A DNA stretch of 64,000 nucleotides from Callorhinchus milii (lineage: Eukaryota). The first letter of the stretch is position 1, and every line of letters begins with the position of its first letter. A program made the translations under genes and the position numbers. The DNA lies in assembly GCF_018977255.1 (NCBI RefSeq), contig NW_024704757.1, positions 10,106,001-10,170,000 of the forward strand. The letters are read 5' to 3'. Positions 51,395-64,000 of the stretch are shown piece by piece. The notes under the pieces were generated by a model, which was given only the letters and a program-made list of their open reading frames with translations, was not told where the DNA came from and did no database searches.

Positions 51395-53296
51395 GATGCT
51401 CGAGCGCAGATGGCAGAAATCCAGCCTCATGATTCACAGCCATCTGTGGCTCGAGCACCTCTGCAAACTACCGCCTCTGCCTTCACTGGCCTTTTACTCC
51501 AAAGTCATCCTGGAGGCCAAAAACAACCCAAAGACACACCCACAGCCTGGATTACTCAAACGCACTTCTCGCTGGTCTCCTCAGCGCCACTATTCAACAA
51601 ATCCAGCTGATTCAGAACTCTGCTGCCCGCATACTTACCCAGACCAAACTCCATGCCCCTATCTCACCAGTTCTGGATAGGCTCCACTAGCTCCCCATCA
51701 CCGAACAGATCGACTTCAAGATCCTCATGCTTCTGCTCAAATCCATTCACTCCCTGGCACCTCCCTACCTCTCCTTTCAATCAAGATCCTTAATTTTGTG
51801 CCCTAGTTATACTGAATCTCAAATCAGTTATTGACTTCCTCCTCCCCTCTTTGAGGAAGCCGGTGTGGAGAATGATAATTTGGGTCCCCTTCCTACTGTA
51901 ATCCTAGTGATGCACATACACTCTTCATCCTCCCTTCATCCGCCCAGTGCCTCTGCTCGACTGGGTCTGGCCTCCTGCTTGTCCCTCACGCCCTCCGCTC
52001 CACCATTGGAGGTCACGCTTTCAGCCACTACACACAAAACTGTGGAACACTCTCCCTCAATCCCTCCGCCTTGGCCCCTCTCTCCCCTTTTTCCCAAGTT
52101 CCACCTGAAAACCTTCCTTATTCACCGTACTTAAGAGTCAACTTCCTCCCCCAGCCGGCTCAGAGTTAGGCTCCACCACTGTAAAGCGCTCTGCGATGCT
52201 ACCCTGCGTGTAGAGCACTCACACTGCCTGCATCATCTCCACAAACGATTTCTCCTCTAGCCCCAGACCATCTTGTGCGCTGTTCCTCGGGGCTCTGTCC
52301 TTGGTCCCCTCCTCTTCAACATCTATATGCTCCCTCTTAGTGACATCATCCACAGACATGCTGTCAACTTCCACATGTATGCGGATGACACCCAACTCTA
52401 TCTCTCTGCCTCCACCCTTGACTCCAGGACCACTGCTGTCCTGACAGAATGTCTGTGAGACATCAAGTCCTGGATGAGAGCTAACTTTCTTCAGTTGGAC
52501 GTCAACAAGACTGAGGCCCTCCTGATTGTCTCCAATCAGCGCCTCCTCACTTCAGGTGCTGACAGCATCACCATCCATGGTTGCACCCTCCACCTTGCTA
52601 AGGCAGCCTGTAACCTTGTGGTCTTGTTTGACCCTCAACTATCCTTTCTACCCCACATTTGTGCCATGACCCACTCACTCGGCTCTGACACTGTCTCACA
52701 CCGCAGGTCACTGAAACCCTCATATATGCTTTCATTACATCAAGGCTTGACTATGCAAACTCATTGCTTGTCGGCCTCACCAACTCCTTCCTCCACAGGC
52801 TGCAGATCATCCAGAACTCTGCATCCCGTGTCCTCTCCCGCATTAGCCTACTTGACCCTATCACCCCCATCCTTGCCCAACTCCACTGGCTTCCCATCAC
52901 ACAGAGGATACAGTTCAAGATCCTGGTCCTCGCCTTCAAAGCCCTCCACAATCTTGCTCCCCCCTACCTCTGCGACCTCCTAACCCTCTACCATCCTGCT
53001 CGCTGCCTCTACTCAGTGAGCTCCAGCCTGCTTCACGCCCCCCGCCTCGCTCGCCCAATTATTGGTGGATGGGCCTTCCGCCAGTCTGGCCACACCCTCT
53101 GGAACTCCATCTCGCAGGCCCACCCCTCCCTTACCACCTTCAAGACCCATTTCAAGATCTTCCTCTTCGACTGTGCTTTCAATCTCCCTGCTTTCCCCCC
53201 CCGACCTTCCCCCCTCCCCCACCCAACTCCCAGCTCAGGTCCGTAACTCTGTCTGTCCAGCCCCTTGGGATGTCCTCCCACCGTGAAAGGCACTCA
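51395..53296 (+). mobile_element. Two adjacent L2 LINE remnants (51395-52220 and 52230-53296)
   Basis: FYSKVILEAKNNP; [19 protein letters not shown]...[11 protein letters not shown]; RLQIIQNSASRVL...ITPILAQLHWLPITQRIQFKILVL.FKALHNLAPPYL; 3' tails. Confidence 0.93.
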
Positions 53297-56048
53297 ATGG
53301 TCCTATCATATTCTAATTATCGTATTTCGTATTTTTCAAAAAACATTTGAACTAAATTAGCTGATTTCAAACTGGAACAAATTATTGCTTGGCTCAGACA
53401 CTCCTAGGACCAAGACTAAAACCAATACAGTCACCATTTCCAAATAGACTTCTCTCCCTTGTAGATGAAAGGTATCCTTTCAACACAAAGCTTTTTTTTA
53501 ACTGTAGCCCGGCAGCAGTGCCTGTGGGTATTTCTATAATTCAAATGGATTATCACCTCTCTCTCTCTGTCTCTCTTTGCATTGTAGGGATGATTTTATG
53601 GCTTGTGATAATTTAACAGACATACTTTTATGAAGATAAATGGTTTAGGGCTATTTGGACATTAATTGCATCCACTCACAAATTCTGCCATAGCTTTAGT
53701 GCAACATCAAACCAGAAGGTTACATATAACAATTTAACTAATTATCAGTTCTGGGCGAAATTCAATTTCACCACAGCCATAATTCCAAATACAGTACCTA
53801 CATCATGCGGTTACTCCTCAAAAGTTATAGGCTACCTGCGCAACAGGTCTCATCAGAATAATGAACATTTTTTTTTAAAAAAGATTTGTTAAATCAAAGT
53901 TATGTGGCCATCCTGTACTCCGATTGATGATATCCCTACTTTGCTGTGCACTGGGTAACAGACCCCAGTGTACACTGCACGATTGTTATAGCTTTCTCCA
54001 TCCCCTCATTGTACAAGAATAAAAGGAAACAATTCAGATAGACCCTGCTGCAAATCAAGCAAATACTATATATTCTCATCTGAGCTCACAAGATAAAACA
54101 ATATAACAATATATTTCGCCCATAAAATATACAGTCAATTCACTTCTGTGAAGCGCTTTGAGACATCTTGAAGACGTGATAAGGCGCTGTATCAAATGCA
54201 AGGATTATTATTACAGCAGGTAAATAAACATTACAGAAATTGTTATCATTTCACCCAAGAGGTAAACAGCCACAATGCTGATGGACCATTTGTATAAAAT
54301 GGAGTCGAAAAGGTTAGGAGAGAGGTTTAATGTTTCTGTGGCTTCACTGGTTTCAGGGTAGAAGTATAAGAGACCCATTCAATTTCTCTTCCCAGTGAAA
54401 GCTGTAATCTATCTAAATTTAAAAAAACATTTTTTTTCAAAATTTGAAATAAAAAGGATCATATCTAAAGAATATCCTCCTATGTGTGGACATGGACTAT
54501 TTCCAATCCAAAATGTAACTAATAATATGAACAGATATATCGCCCTGAAATGTCTAGGTAGGGATTTTGTTTTAATAATAAAATTATTACTTTACAACAG
54601 GAGGCAATTCACTTGAATCAATAGAATATTCCTCTAGCTGGGATTTCAACATGAGAGATGATATTTTAAAATCTTTTCCTAGAAGTATGAAATTGGAAAA
54701 TGTCCTTCAGTCTTACTGCACTTGCTCCTTCCAAGCAGTTTGTAGGCATTTCAGTTCATCGAAGACATTTATTATTTATTTAATTTTCTGAAGAAAGCGA
54801 GAAGGTGAATTTGCTAATGTCCATTGTATAAAGCATTATTTCAAGAATTTCAAGACACTTGTCCAGAAAACACCCCACCCATTAGAACTAAGGATGCAGG
54901 TTTGAGGTCAATCTCGAAGTTTCATTGATGAGCCAGACAGGTTGATCAACCATCAACAAAGCCTAGATTGCTGTGTTTTTGCCAGTGCAGTCCTTCAATG
55001 TGCCCCCACAGAGGAGGATATTCTTTAGATGTGATGCACATTTTACTGACCTCAAAGGAACGAGCGGCTGAGTGAACCCACAGCAAGTGAAAAACAGTGG
55101 TGCCAAGTCTATTGCTCAACTAACTGAGGCACCTGGGGTTGAATGGGCACTGGAAAAACTTAACTGAATAAAAATAGTCTGCAATTTCTCACAAACTTGC
55201 AAAGGTAAATGGAATGAAAACTAAATTCCTGCTTATAGTAATACAATTCATGAGTCATAATTGAAGCCAGGTCACATTTCCCCATTGAAGTAAACCCGGC
55301 CATATTGTATTAGAACAGTCGGGCTAAATACTAATTCAGACAATTAGACATCAGATTCAACTAAAATAACCTACATCACTGCCATTCTTCGTGTTGCAGC
55401 TATAGGTCTCATTTGCAGTAGTATTTAATACTTCCCAAACTGCCTATCAATAAATCTGTCACATATCTTCAGCTAAATATGTTCAAACAATAAGCAGCAC
55501 TAACATTGACTTCTATTGTGGAGCACAAGAGGAATTATGAGATTTAAAAGAAATGCACCATTTTCCAGAATCTATTAAATAATCTATTCCTCACCTGAAT
55601 ATTAGTTACTGTTGTTTTTAATTGCAGTGTATTCAAAAATTGGAAATTCTGTGCATTTGATATATTTAGTGGAACCACTAAACCATCTGAAGAGAGTTGG
55701 AGAACAATTACTTAAGGCAGAGATACAAGTCCATCAGGGTCAGCTTCAGTCTTGCTAACCCAATGGATAACCCTCTTCCAGAGATCAAAGGGCCACGTGG
55801 TAACCCAATTCTATGACCCCATTTCGGAGATCAAAGGAATGTTTGTTAAGGCCCTATGACCTCTTTGTAGAAATCAAGAACCTGTGTTAATACACATGAG
55901 ATAAAGTAAACCTGGATAAAGTAAACAAAGAGCAATACTTTCAGATACACCAATGCTGCAGGACAAGAGGTCAAGGTTGTGAAAGGCAATTTCAGAACAC
56001 GGACCAGGAAGATTTTTGTTAAAAAAGGGTGAATAACAGCTGGAAAGG

Positions 56049-56258
56049 ATAATAATCCTTGCATTTGTTATAGCACTTTTCACGCCTTCTAGACGTCTCA
56101 AGGCACTTCACAGAATGTACTGTAAAGTGAATTGACTGTATATTTGTGGGCAAAACGTGGCAGCCAATTGCGCACAGCAGTCCCCACAAACAGTCATGGA
56201 TTGAATGACCAAATTATTATTTGTATTTTTTTTGAAGGATTATTATCCCTGGAAAAGC
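56049..56258 (-). mobile_element. Young SINE, 5'-truncated, inserted into a CR1 tail
   Basis: Reverse SINE tail and body. CR1-like sequence lies at 55880-56045 and resumes after 56260. Confidence 0.85.
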
Positions 56259-57009
56259 GTGGTTGACGCCAGAACAATGGACTCAGGTAACAAACAACTG
56301 GATGCTATATTGGGATGAAGAAGGTAGAGTTAGTATTGTGGAGGAATGATATAAAACAGCAAAAGGACTCTCTTGTAATCCTATTCCAGAGGTCCAAGGA
56401 CAGAGCATTAACAAAGTCTAATCCATCCCTTTTTTGTTCTTTCTTATGATTTCAGAAATGCATTGACTTTTGTTCTTTCCCTCCTTCCTCTGAGTTTCTG
56501 GTTGTTGATATAGGTGAAGATTATCTGTACCGTAAATGTCACTGCAAACTGCAAACATTTGACTTCAATAATTGTACAGGGACAAGATGAGAGTAAAAGA
56601 CAAAGTGCTGAAAATTCCTCCAGGGGAGGGGGAGCGGAAATTGGAACTTTTTCCATACCGCTGGAATAGATGTGGAAAAATTGTGATGAAATTAGAAACA
56701 TTTCACAACCTGGCTCATTGTTCCTGCAGTATGCCTAGTTGCTTTAATACTCGATTGCCAACCACAGCTATGACAACACTCTTACTGAGCCAAAGAATAC
56801 AACTTCTGAACACAGAAATAAATAGCACCGAGTTGCAGGAAATAAGCTGGCACTTCAGCCATTCCTCCCCCCACTTCTCCCTTGCTACTTTTGTGGGAAT
56901 GCATTATAAAGGGTTAATGCCTCAAGATTGATAAAGGTAATCAATCTAGACAAGAACATCTTTTAACGGAATAAATGACCCAGATCATTTGGGGGGGGCG
57001 GGTTCAGCA

Positions 57010-57350
57010 ACAATAATAATAATAACAATAATAACAATAATAATAATCCTTGCATTTGATCTAGTGCTTTTCACGTCTTCTAGACGTCTCAAAGCGCTTT
57101 ACAGAATATACTGTAAAGGGAATTGACCGTATATTGGTGGGCGAAATGCAGCAGCCAATTGCACACAGAGGCGTCCCACAAACAGTTGTGGACTGAAAAT
57201 GACCAATTTATTATTGTTTTGTTTTGGAGGGATTATTATTAGGCGTGTGGAGTAAGGAAACTTGCCCAAGGTTTCGCTCCCTGCCTGGAATTGAACCCAG
57301 GTGTTTCGCTTGCAAAGGCGAATGCCCTGACCACTGAGCTACAGGACTCC
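57010..57350 (-). mobile_element. Young SINE, full length
   Basis: (aat)n reverse tail through ccactgagctacaggactcc. Confidence 0.92.
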
Positions 57351-57689
57351 ACAAATTAAGAGAAATGAAACAAATTAAAGGCTGCTACTTCTCTTAATAC
57401 CTTCATGTGGGAGGAAGTGACCTCTGCTCCTGTACTGCTCCCCTAAGATGACCCCACCAGGATTCACATAAATCTGAAAAAGAATCGGGCGTGGCGGGGG
57501 CAGCCAAGAGAGGAGTTGGTTCACTGCGACTGTTTAGGTGACAGCTAATTGAATAAAGGCTCCATCAGATTTCTACATTGAACCTGGACATTATTTTGGG
57601 CTGTACTGCACCCTGGGGAAACAAACCTGAGAAACCCGTAGCAAATTCTGCATTGCTCATCACCCCAGTCCTCAACAGGCTCCCAACAG

Positions 57690-57930
57690 ACCGGCTTCAA
57701 AGTCCTCACCCTCACCTATCAATCCCTCAATGGATTTCTTTTCTAGATAGCTATCCAATTCAATTTTGAATTTGCTGACACAATTTGCCTCCACCAACTC
57801 CCTAGCTGGTGTAATACACATATTTACCACCGTTCTATGTGCAAAGTAATTAAATCTGAAACGTCTGTTCACCTTCCCTCTTCTGAGCTTGAGTCCATAT
57901 CCCTGGTTATAGATTTTTTTGATCATGTTA
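57690..57930 (-). mobile_element. Decayed CR1 3' fragment
   Basis: GYGLKL...RFNYFAHRTVV...VEANCVSKFKIELDSYL. Confidence 0.7.
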
Positions 57931-59142
57931 ACATTATCAAGGTTGAACTTATAAGCTCTTTTACTCCCAGTGTTTGTATCGTCTCTTCACAAATTAAGGT
58001 CGCTAATTCCAGCTATCTGGTTGCCTATTATTCTCCCCTCTCACTTGCTTAAGGCCAACTATGTAGAGTAATGCACTTTCCTTGCAAATCTAAATAAAGT
58101 CAACGACCCTGCAGACTAGCAATGATTTGTGTTAACTTGATAGGAATTTGTATATTCCATATAATGTATGATTGTGGATTCTGGTCCAAAGTAGATTGGA
58201 GCTAGAGCATGTCGAAGGCAGTGAATTGCGTGATAATCCAATGTAAAAGATGAACTAGTAATGTTAAAGCTCCTCCGTCAACACTCTATAAAAACGTCAA
58301 ACCCAACATCAAAAATCTCATATTCTTTCAGATCCTATGTCCAATGACATGTTGAAATGTGCATTTTCCCCTTCTAACTTTACCTCAGATTTTTTTCCAT
58401 TGATCATCCTCTCCTAATGGTAGTGACTCATACGAGCTTCCATTGGCGATGGCAAGCCTCCAGTATCTCACCCACGTAGCCATTTTTCTTGCATCAGCCT
58501 AGGCAGCGAATGTTATTGAGTAATTTGTCTGTAGGGGCATCAAACCTGAGCCCATTTGTGTCTTTGTGGTGACAGAGAAAGCGAACGGAGAGAGAAAGGC
58601 ATTGAGTGTGGAAAAGGCAACAAGTATAAAACAGGCAAATGCATACACTTCTTAGTAAACTATTTCTACGTGTGTGGGCACACACATGCACACAAGACAC
58701 CAGCTGTATTTTCCTCCCTCTATCTTACAGATCTGAAAATGCCAAGTCCACCATTACGCCAACTATAGGAGAACCTACTACCTCAGTAGCTACTAAAAGC
58801 CAAATGTTTCCTTTGCAAACTGCACTGGAACCTCACTCAAATCCTTTCCAGGAAAGATATCAATAATGCTTGACATCAACTAACCAATTTCTGTTTAATC
58901 TCATTCCACTGTTTTTCAACCTTGCCTTGCAGTCCTGGATCTCTATCTACATTTCTTAATTAGAAATTATCACAAGACTTTATTAATAAATACTGTTGAT
59001 AAGCTGTGTAAAGGATTATCGAATGAGGACAATACTCTTTTATGACACTAGTTTAATACTGGGGTTCACCAGGTAAGTACTTTGATAAGATAGCAACTTC
59101 CAATTAGCCAACAGGTTTCCCTGAACTCTTTGCATTAAACCT

Positions 59143-59384
59143 GGGCACGTTTTCTTACTCCACACGTTTAATAATAATCCCTCCAAAAACCAAAAAAGAA
59201 TAATAAATTGTTCATTTTCAATCTACGACCGTTTGTAGGACATTGCTGTGCGCAATTGGCTGCCGCATTCGCCCACAAATATACAGTCAATTCACTTTAC
59301 AGTGTGTTCTGTTAAGCGCTTTGGGACGTCCTCCCGACCTTAAAAGCGCTATATCAAATGCAAGGATTATTATTATTATTATTA
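59143..59384 (+). mobile_element. Young SINE, headless
   Basis: gggcacgttttcttactccacac through the (tta)n tail. Confidence 0.9.
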
Positions 59385-61829
59385 TAAACAAAATTCATAC
59401 CCAGTAAATGGTGGGCAGTGGACATTAGCTGACTGACAGTGAAGCATAAACTAGCATAATCAATTAAAAATGAAAACCTTTTGCTGTAAGAAGACTTCAC
59501 GCAAAAATGTGTTCTGTTAAGATGTACAACTAAATTTATGCAGTGAGAATAAAACTATGGATATGCAATATCCATGCAGTTACTGAAAGAGTCATCCATC
59601 AATACTGCACTTACAAGGACTATAAACAATCAGAGAAAACCACACATCATCAATTTGTTTTTCTAAAACTGTCAAACATGGTTCTGTTTCAGTGTCTATT
59701 GTCGAAGGCTTACATTTCATTGCAGTTTACACACTAACTAAATTAAATTCCCCAAAGATTTTTTCCACTGGACGAGATTTCTTGCTTGATAATAAACCTC
59801 TTCCTAAAATATCCTGCTTACCCCCTCCCCCAAGTACATCCTCCAGAGAAAATGAAACCAGAATATTACAGAACACTATCATTCAAATCCACTACTGGAG
59901 AATGATATTGCTTTACCAATACATTGACATAGCACAGTAGCTTGCGATCAAATGCTGATTGTCGGTGGATTTCACAAATTTCTCTTGTAATTCGCAATGG
60001 GATAATGGGCCTACAGGCACAAAGTTTCTTCCAACACCTCAATCAAGCAGCGATTCTTCAATCATTGTTGGCAGGCTACCTTGACCACCACATAGGATGG
60101 GGGAGAAATGGAAAATTAAAGAATCTATCCTCACCTGCCATTCAGTTGAGTATCACTGTTTGGAGATCAGGACCAGTAGCAAAGGTTGATTTCCCATCCC
60201 TAGCCCAACGGTTCTGGAGGAACTGGTATTTAAGAGTCTCAATCCCTAATTAAATCTTTAGGATTTTCTAAATATATCTATGTTAGAGTCACTATCTCAG
60301 AAAACACATGAAAGTGCCATGTACTTTCTGTAAATGGAATTTATCTCTTGGGTGCAGTGTTCCTTTCACTGGGTGTGTATAATATTGTGCCATTAATTAA
60401 CATGAATCTATCTTAACCAATTATTAACCATTGTATAATTTATTTTGTTTTAAAATTAATGCTTTATACACTTGCAGGTGGTTGCTACCAACTAGCATTT
60501 ACCCTCAATGGTTTATGACTACAAAATAACCTACTAGAAAAATGATCTCAAATAGCAGTTTTGATAAGAAGATGAAAACATCAACCAAAAAAATCTTATT
60601 TTCTTGCATTGGACAATTCCGAAATCAGAATGAATAAAACAATGAAGCGCTTGAACCTAAACTGTGAGATAGAGCCAAGGTGGGAAAATTAATTATAAAA
60701 CAACTGTCTACTTTGCCATGCACTGAGGATAGAACTTAGCAAATTCCCAATTACATCACAATATTGCCCAGGAGGGGTACTTGAGAGTGAGTTTACATTC
60801 ATGTAAACTGAATGGAGCATCAGCAGCCCCTGTTAACTTGGGGGCGAAAAACACTATACAATGATGTGTTAAGTGTATTTTACCTAATGGCACTAAATTG
60901 CTCTGTGCATTATACTTGGGATAATGCAACAAAACCATGGAACCAACTAGCTTGTCTTGGCTCCTCCAGAGGAGAGCCAATGACAGACTGGAACATTTTA
61001 TGAATTTTCTTCCTTTGTCTTTACCCCAGTGGCATATTATGGAAAGCCATTTTAGTTCCAATATGTACAATAGTGTATTTAACACCTCATTTTTCAAACC
61101 TTTCTTTCCCAAGTGAACAACCATACACAGGTCCGTGTTAACCTTTTGTTTAAAAAAACGATAAATGTTGTAATATTGATTAACTGATTTGAATACTACC
61201 ATTTTTACAAGGTACTCATGAACAGAGAAATCATCCTTTTAAGGCTACAAGCAAGCTTCTTCTTGGGATTCTTAGTAATTTTATCCTTAATTTATAGTCT
61301 CCAGTATCTTCCCTGCCACAGGTATGAGGATGAGTGGCCCGTAGTTCGCTCTTCTATCTAGTAAATAAACAGTTTTGATGGGAAATTGACGCCAGACATG
61401 GTACACATTATGATACTTAGCACATGGATAACATCCTAATTCATAGTCTTAGTTTCACCCAAATCCTGAGGCCTCCACTAAATGATTTAAGTAATGTTGG
61501 CTGCACTGGGGTATGTGGGCTTGGAAGGAGTTGAATGTGTGGTCTATCAGGGCAACGTCAGAAAAGCAACCCCTTGCTAGCATTTTAAATTTCCCCGCAT
61601 CAGTCATCCTACAATCAGCCATCCTACAATCCTACAGGACCTCAAAGTGAAATTGCCATGTTACTGCTGAATTGACAGTTTTGTGTTGCGAGTCTATTAG
61701 GAACCGGGTTGAGCTTGATCATTTATGCAGCACCTCACAGTCATCAAACACAGACGTTTTGTCCAACAGTCAGGGGATTGGATTGAAACCCAGGCCAGAG
61801 CTGGGAAATCAGATTCCTAACTCAATATC

Positions 61830-62085
61830 CCACCCAATCACAGATCCCATCCATTAACCCTCACGGTGCCGCAGATCAGTTCAGTGATGAATGTCATCAC
61901 CCGGGCCAATAGAAAAGAGCGGCCACACTTTATCCGCGGAATCCGCCACAACCACCACCACCCGCTACAAACCCGCTAGAAATGTCGTTTGCGGCCCGCG
62001 GGCCTCCCAGCTGTTCCTCTGACGTCACTGTGGGCGGGGAGACCCCTGACAGGTGGCAAATGGGCTTCACTCGGAGGTTCCGCTG
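61830..62085. promoter_or_regulatory. Promoter-like CpG-rich patch
   Basis: The most CpG-dense non-repeat stretch I see. CCAAT at 61834 and 61906, full CRE TGACGTCA at 62020-62027, GC box GGGCGGGG at 62032-62039. Confidence 0.6.
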
Positions 62086-62415
62086 GTGTGATTGTCTGTG
62101 TCTCTGTCTCTCGCTCTTTGTGTGAGTGTCTGTGGGTCACTGTGTGTGTATGTGTAGTGTGTGTCACTCTGGTGGGTGAGTGTCTGTGTCACTCTGTGCG
62201 TGTGTGTGTGTCTGTCTGTGTGTCACCCTCTGTTTGTGAGTGTCTGGGAGTATGTCTGTGTCTCCCTCTCCTCTATGTGTTTGTCTGTGTGTTTGTGAGT
62301 GTATCTATGTGAGTGTGTCTCTCTATGAGTGTGTGTGTGTCTCTCGCTGTGGATGTTCGTGTCTCTCTGTGAGCATGTGTGTGTCTCTCTCTGTGAGTGT
62401 GTGTCTCTCGCTCTC
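62085..62415. repeat. Degenerate GT/CT-rich low-complexity repeat
   Basis: Mixed gtgt, gtct and gtgag units. Confidence 0.9.
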
Positions 62416-62634
62416 ACTGGGTCTTTGTGCAGTGCTTGGCCCTGAAAGCTCCCCCCCCACTCCGCCCAGAAAAAAGGCCATCCAGTTTTTGTTAAAGAAC
62501 CAATCAATATTTTTTTCCAACAATCTCATATGTGTTATTTCCTCAAGTTTAGTTTCTATCAATAAGGAGAAAAAATGTAGGTTGGCAATAAAATGTACCT
62601 CAATGGCACCGATCAACTCCCCGCCATTTTCGCC

Positions 62635-62760
62635 TCCCCGGGCGAAACATGGCAGCCAATTGCGCACAGCATTGTACCACAAACAGTGAGGGATTGAGTG
62701 ATCGATTTTTTTTTTGGAGGGATTATTACTCCCGAAAGCAATCTGCCAATCGACTAACAA
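62635..62760 (-). mobile_element. Internal fragment of the long SINE variant
   Basis: ggcagccaattgcgcacagc...gaaagcaatctgccaatcgactaacaa matches 26097-26218. Confidence 0.8.
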
Positions 62761-64000
62761 TATATTGATGTAGCACATAGAAACCACAATGAATGCAGCA
62801 GGTTAGTATTTGCCATTCACCTCTGTGAACTTGTTTCAAACCTAAAGTACATTTTGGACAATATCAAACCAGCTCCAAACAGGCGATGGGTCATAGAAGG
62901 TCAATACTAATGCAGTCTTCCCAGATTGGGGATGAAGGCCATTCGGAGACTGGGATCTGTGCCCTACAATTAACCGTACGATTACCTTATGCCAAGACTG
63001 ATGCATAAAAGTGGGAAAATGTTCCATTCTGTTGAATTGGCATTCCTGACCTCAATGGGAAAATCCCGAAATAAAAATAAAAACAAAACAATACATACTG
63101 CCGGCAAGTCTCAGCAGCTTCAAGCACATAGTGTTGGCCGAGGAACTGACCACATTCAACCATCTGACTTGAATTTTCTATTTATAAGCATTTGTGCTTT
63201 TTTTCTACTTGGCTTTTCTTCATTGATCTCTTGTGAAGGCACACTATTGAGATCACTACATCCAAGCACTTTCGTGTCCATTTGACCTCTTAATTATTTT
63301 TCTGGCATACAATTTTGCTGCCGGTACAAATACCCTTCAAGCTGCTACTGTAAAAACAAAGCACTTGGTATTATATAACTTCCAATTAGTTGACTGCAGA
63401 AGCAAAGCCTTGATCCAGCACACGCACGTGAATGCAGACCGCAATCACTTTTATCCCATCGGTCCGACCATGGGATATACTTTACAGGTAATTGCAATGT
63501 TTAACTCACAAAACCATCTCTGTGGCAAAAGACCACTTGTCTAATGTTCCAACCACCAAAGAAATAACATTGGTTTCATTACAATCATGTATACACACTC
63601 ACACAAAAAAACCTAAAACTTTCAACTCCTTTTCCAATTTGAGACTTTGTACTAACATCAGAGGCCTCAGAGTAAAAAAAACATCTGAATGTAGTTTGGT
63701 ATCTTATTTTTTTAAATAAAGATTTGAAATTAAAATAGGTACATTTGAACCTGCCTTTGAGGCCGCCTGGGACCTATTTGCAGCTCACTTCCCCTTCATC
63801 TATTACTTTATGTGTTTCTGGGCTTCCAGTCAGAGGTTGCCCATTTGTTTGATGATGCTGGGATTCAGGGCTTCTCCTTTTCTATCGAGTGAGAGAAAAT
63901 GATTATGCAACAAGTTATCCATTATCTACACAGCAAGAGAAAGGGTTGTATTAGAACTATCTGGTCCAAGCTTTAATAGCACCATCAGTCCTGCAGTGTT

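Noticed and set aside
61884-62030. C/D box snoRNA (GTGATGA...CTGA)
   Set aside because: No proper terminal stem or recognisable guide, and the motifs are better explained as promoter elements.
61976-62787. Several 60-150 aa ORFs
   Set aside because: Translations of a GT/CT low-complexity tract and a SINE fragment.

Overview
This is AT-rich vertebrate genomic DNA dominated by decayed retroposons. The repeat set points to a cartilaginous fish, most likely a holocephalan such as Callorhinchus; this is an inference from recalled family consensus features, not a search result. The set includes a young tRNA-headed SINE with a Deu-type 3' body and L2-type tail, older SacSINE1-like DeuSINEs, L2 and CR1 LINE fragments, a Penelope-like element and a Harbinger transposase fossil. 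I cannot support any intact host protein-coding gene: every ORF with recognisable homology is a transposon remnant. There are a few splice-bounded exon candidates that do not join into a long ORF, and one promoter-like CpG patch near 62 kb. I found no convincing new biological system. The most notable signals are structural: (i) apparent templated copying of a ~155-bp non-L2 flank from 24.4 kb into an L2 at 51.8 kb; (ii) two independent antisense retroinsertions at the same site inside the young SINE; (iii) an inverted repeat pair with a 99-bp perfect core next to a dispersed ~70-bp degenerate minisatellite; (iv) an unclassified, hairpin-conserving repeat present three times. All identities and boundaries were read by eye and are approximate.
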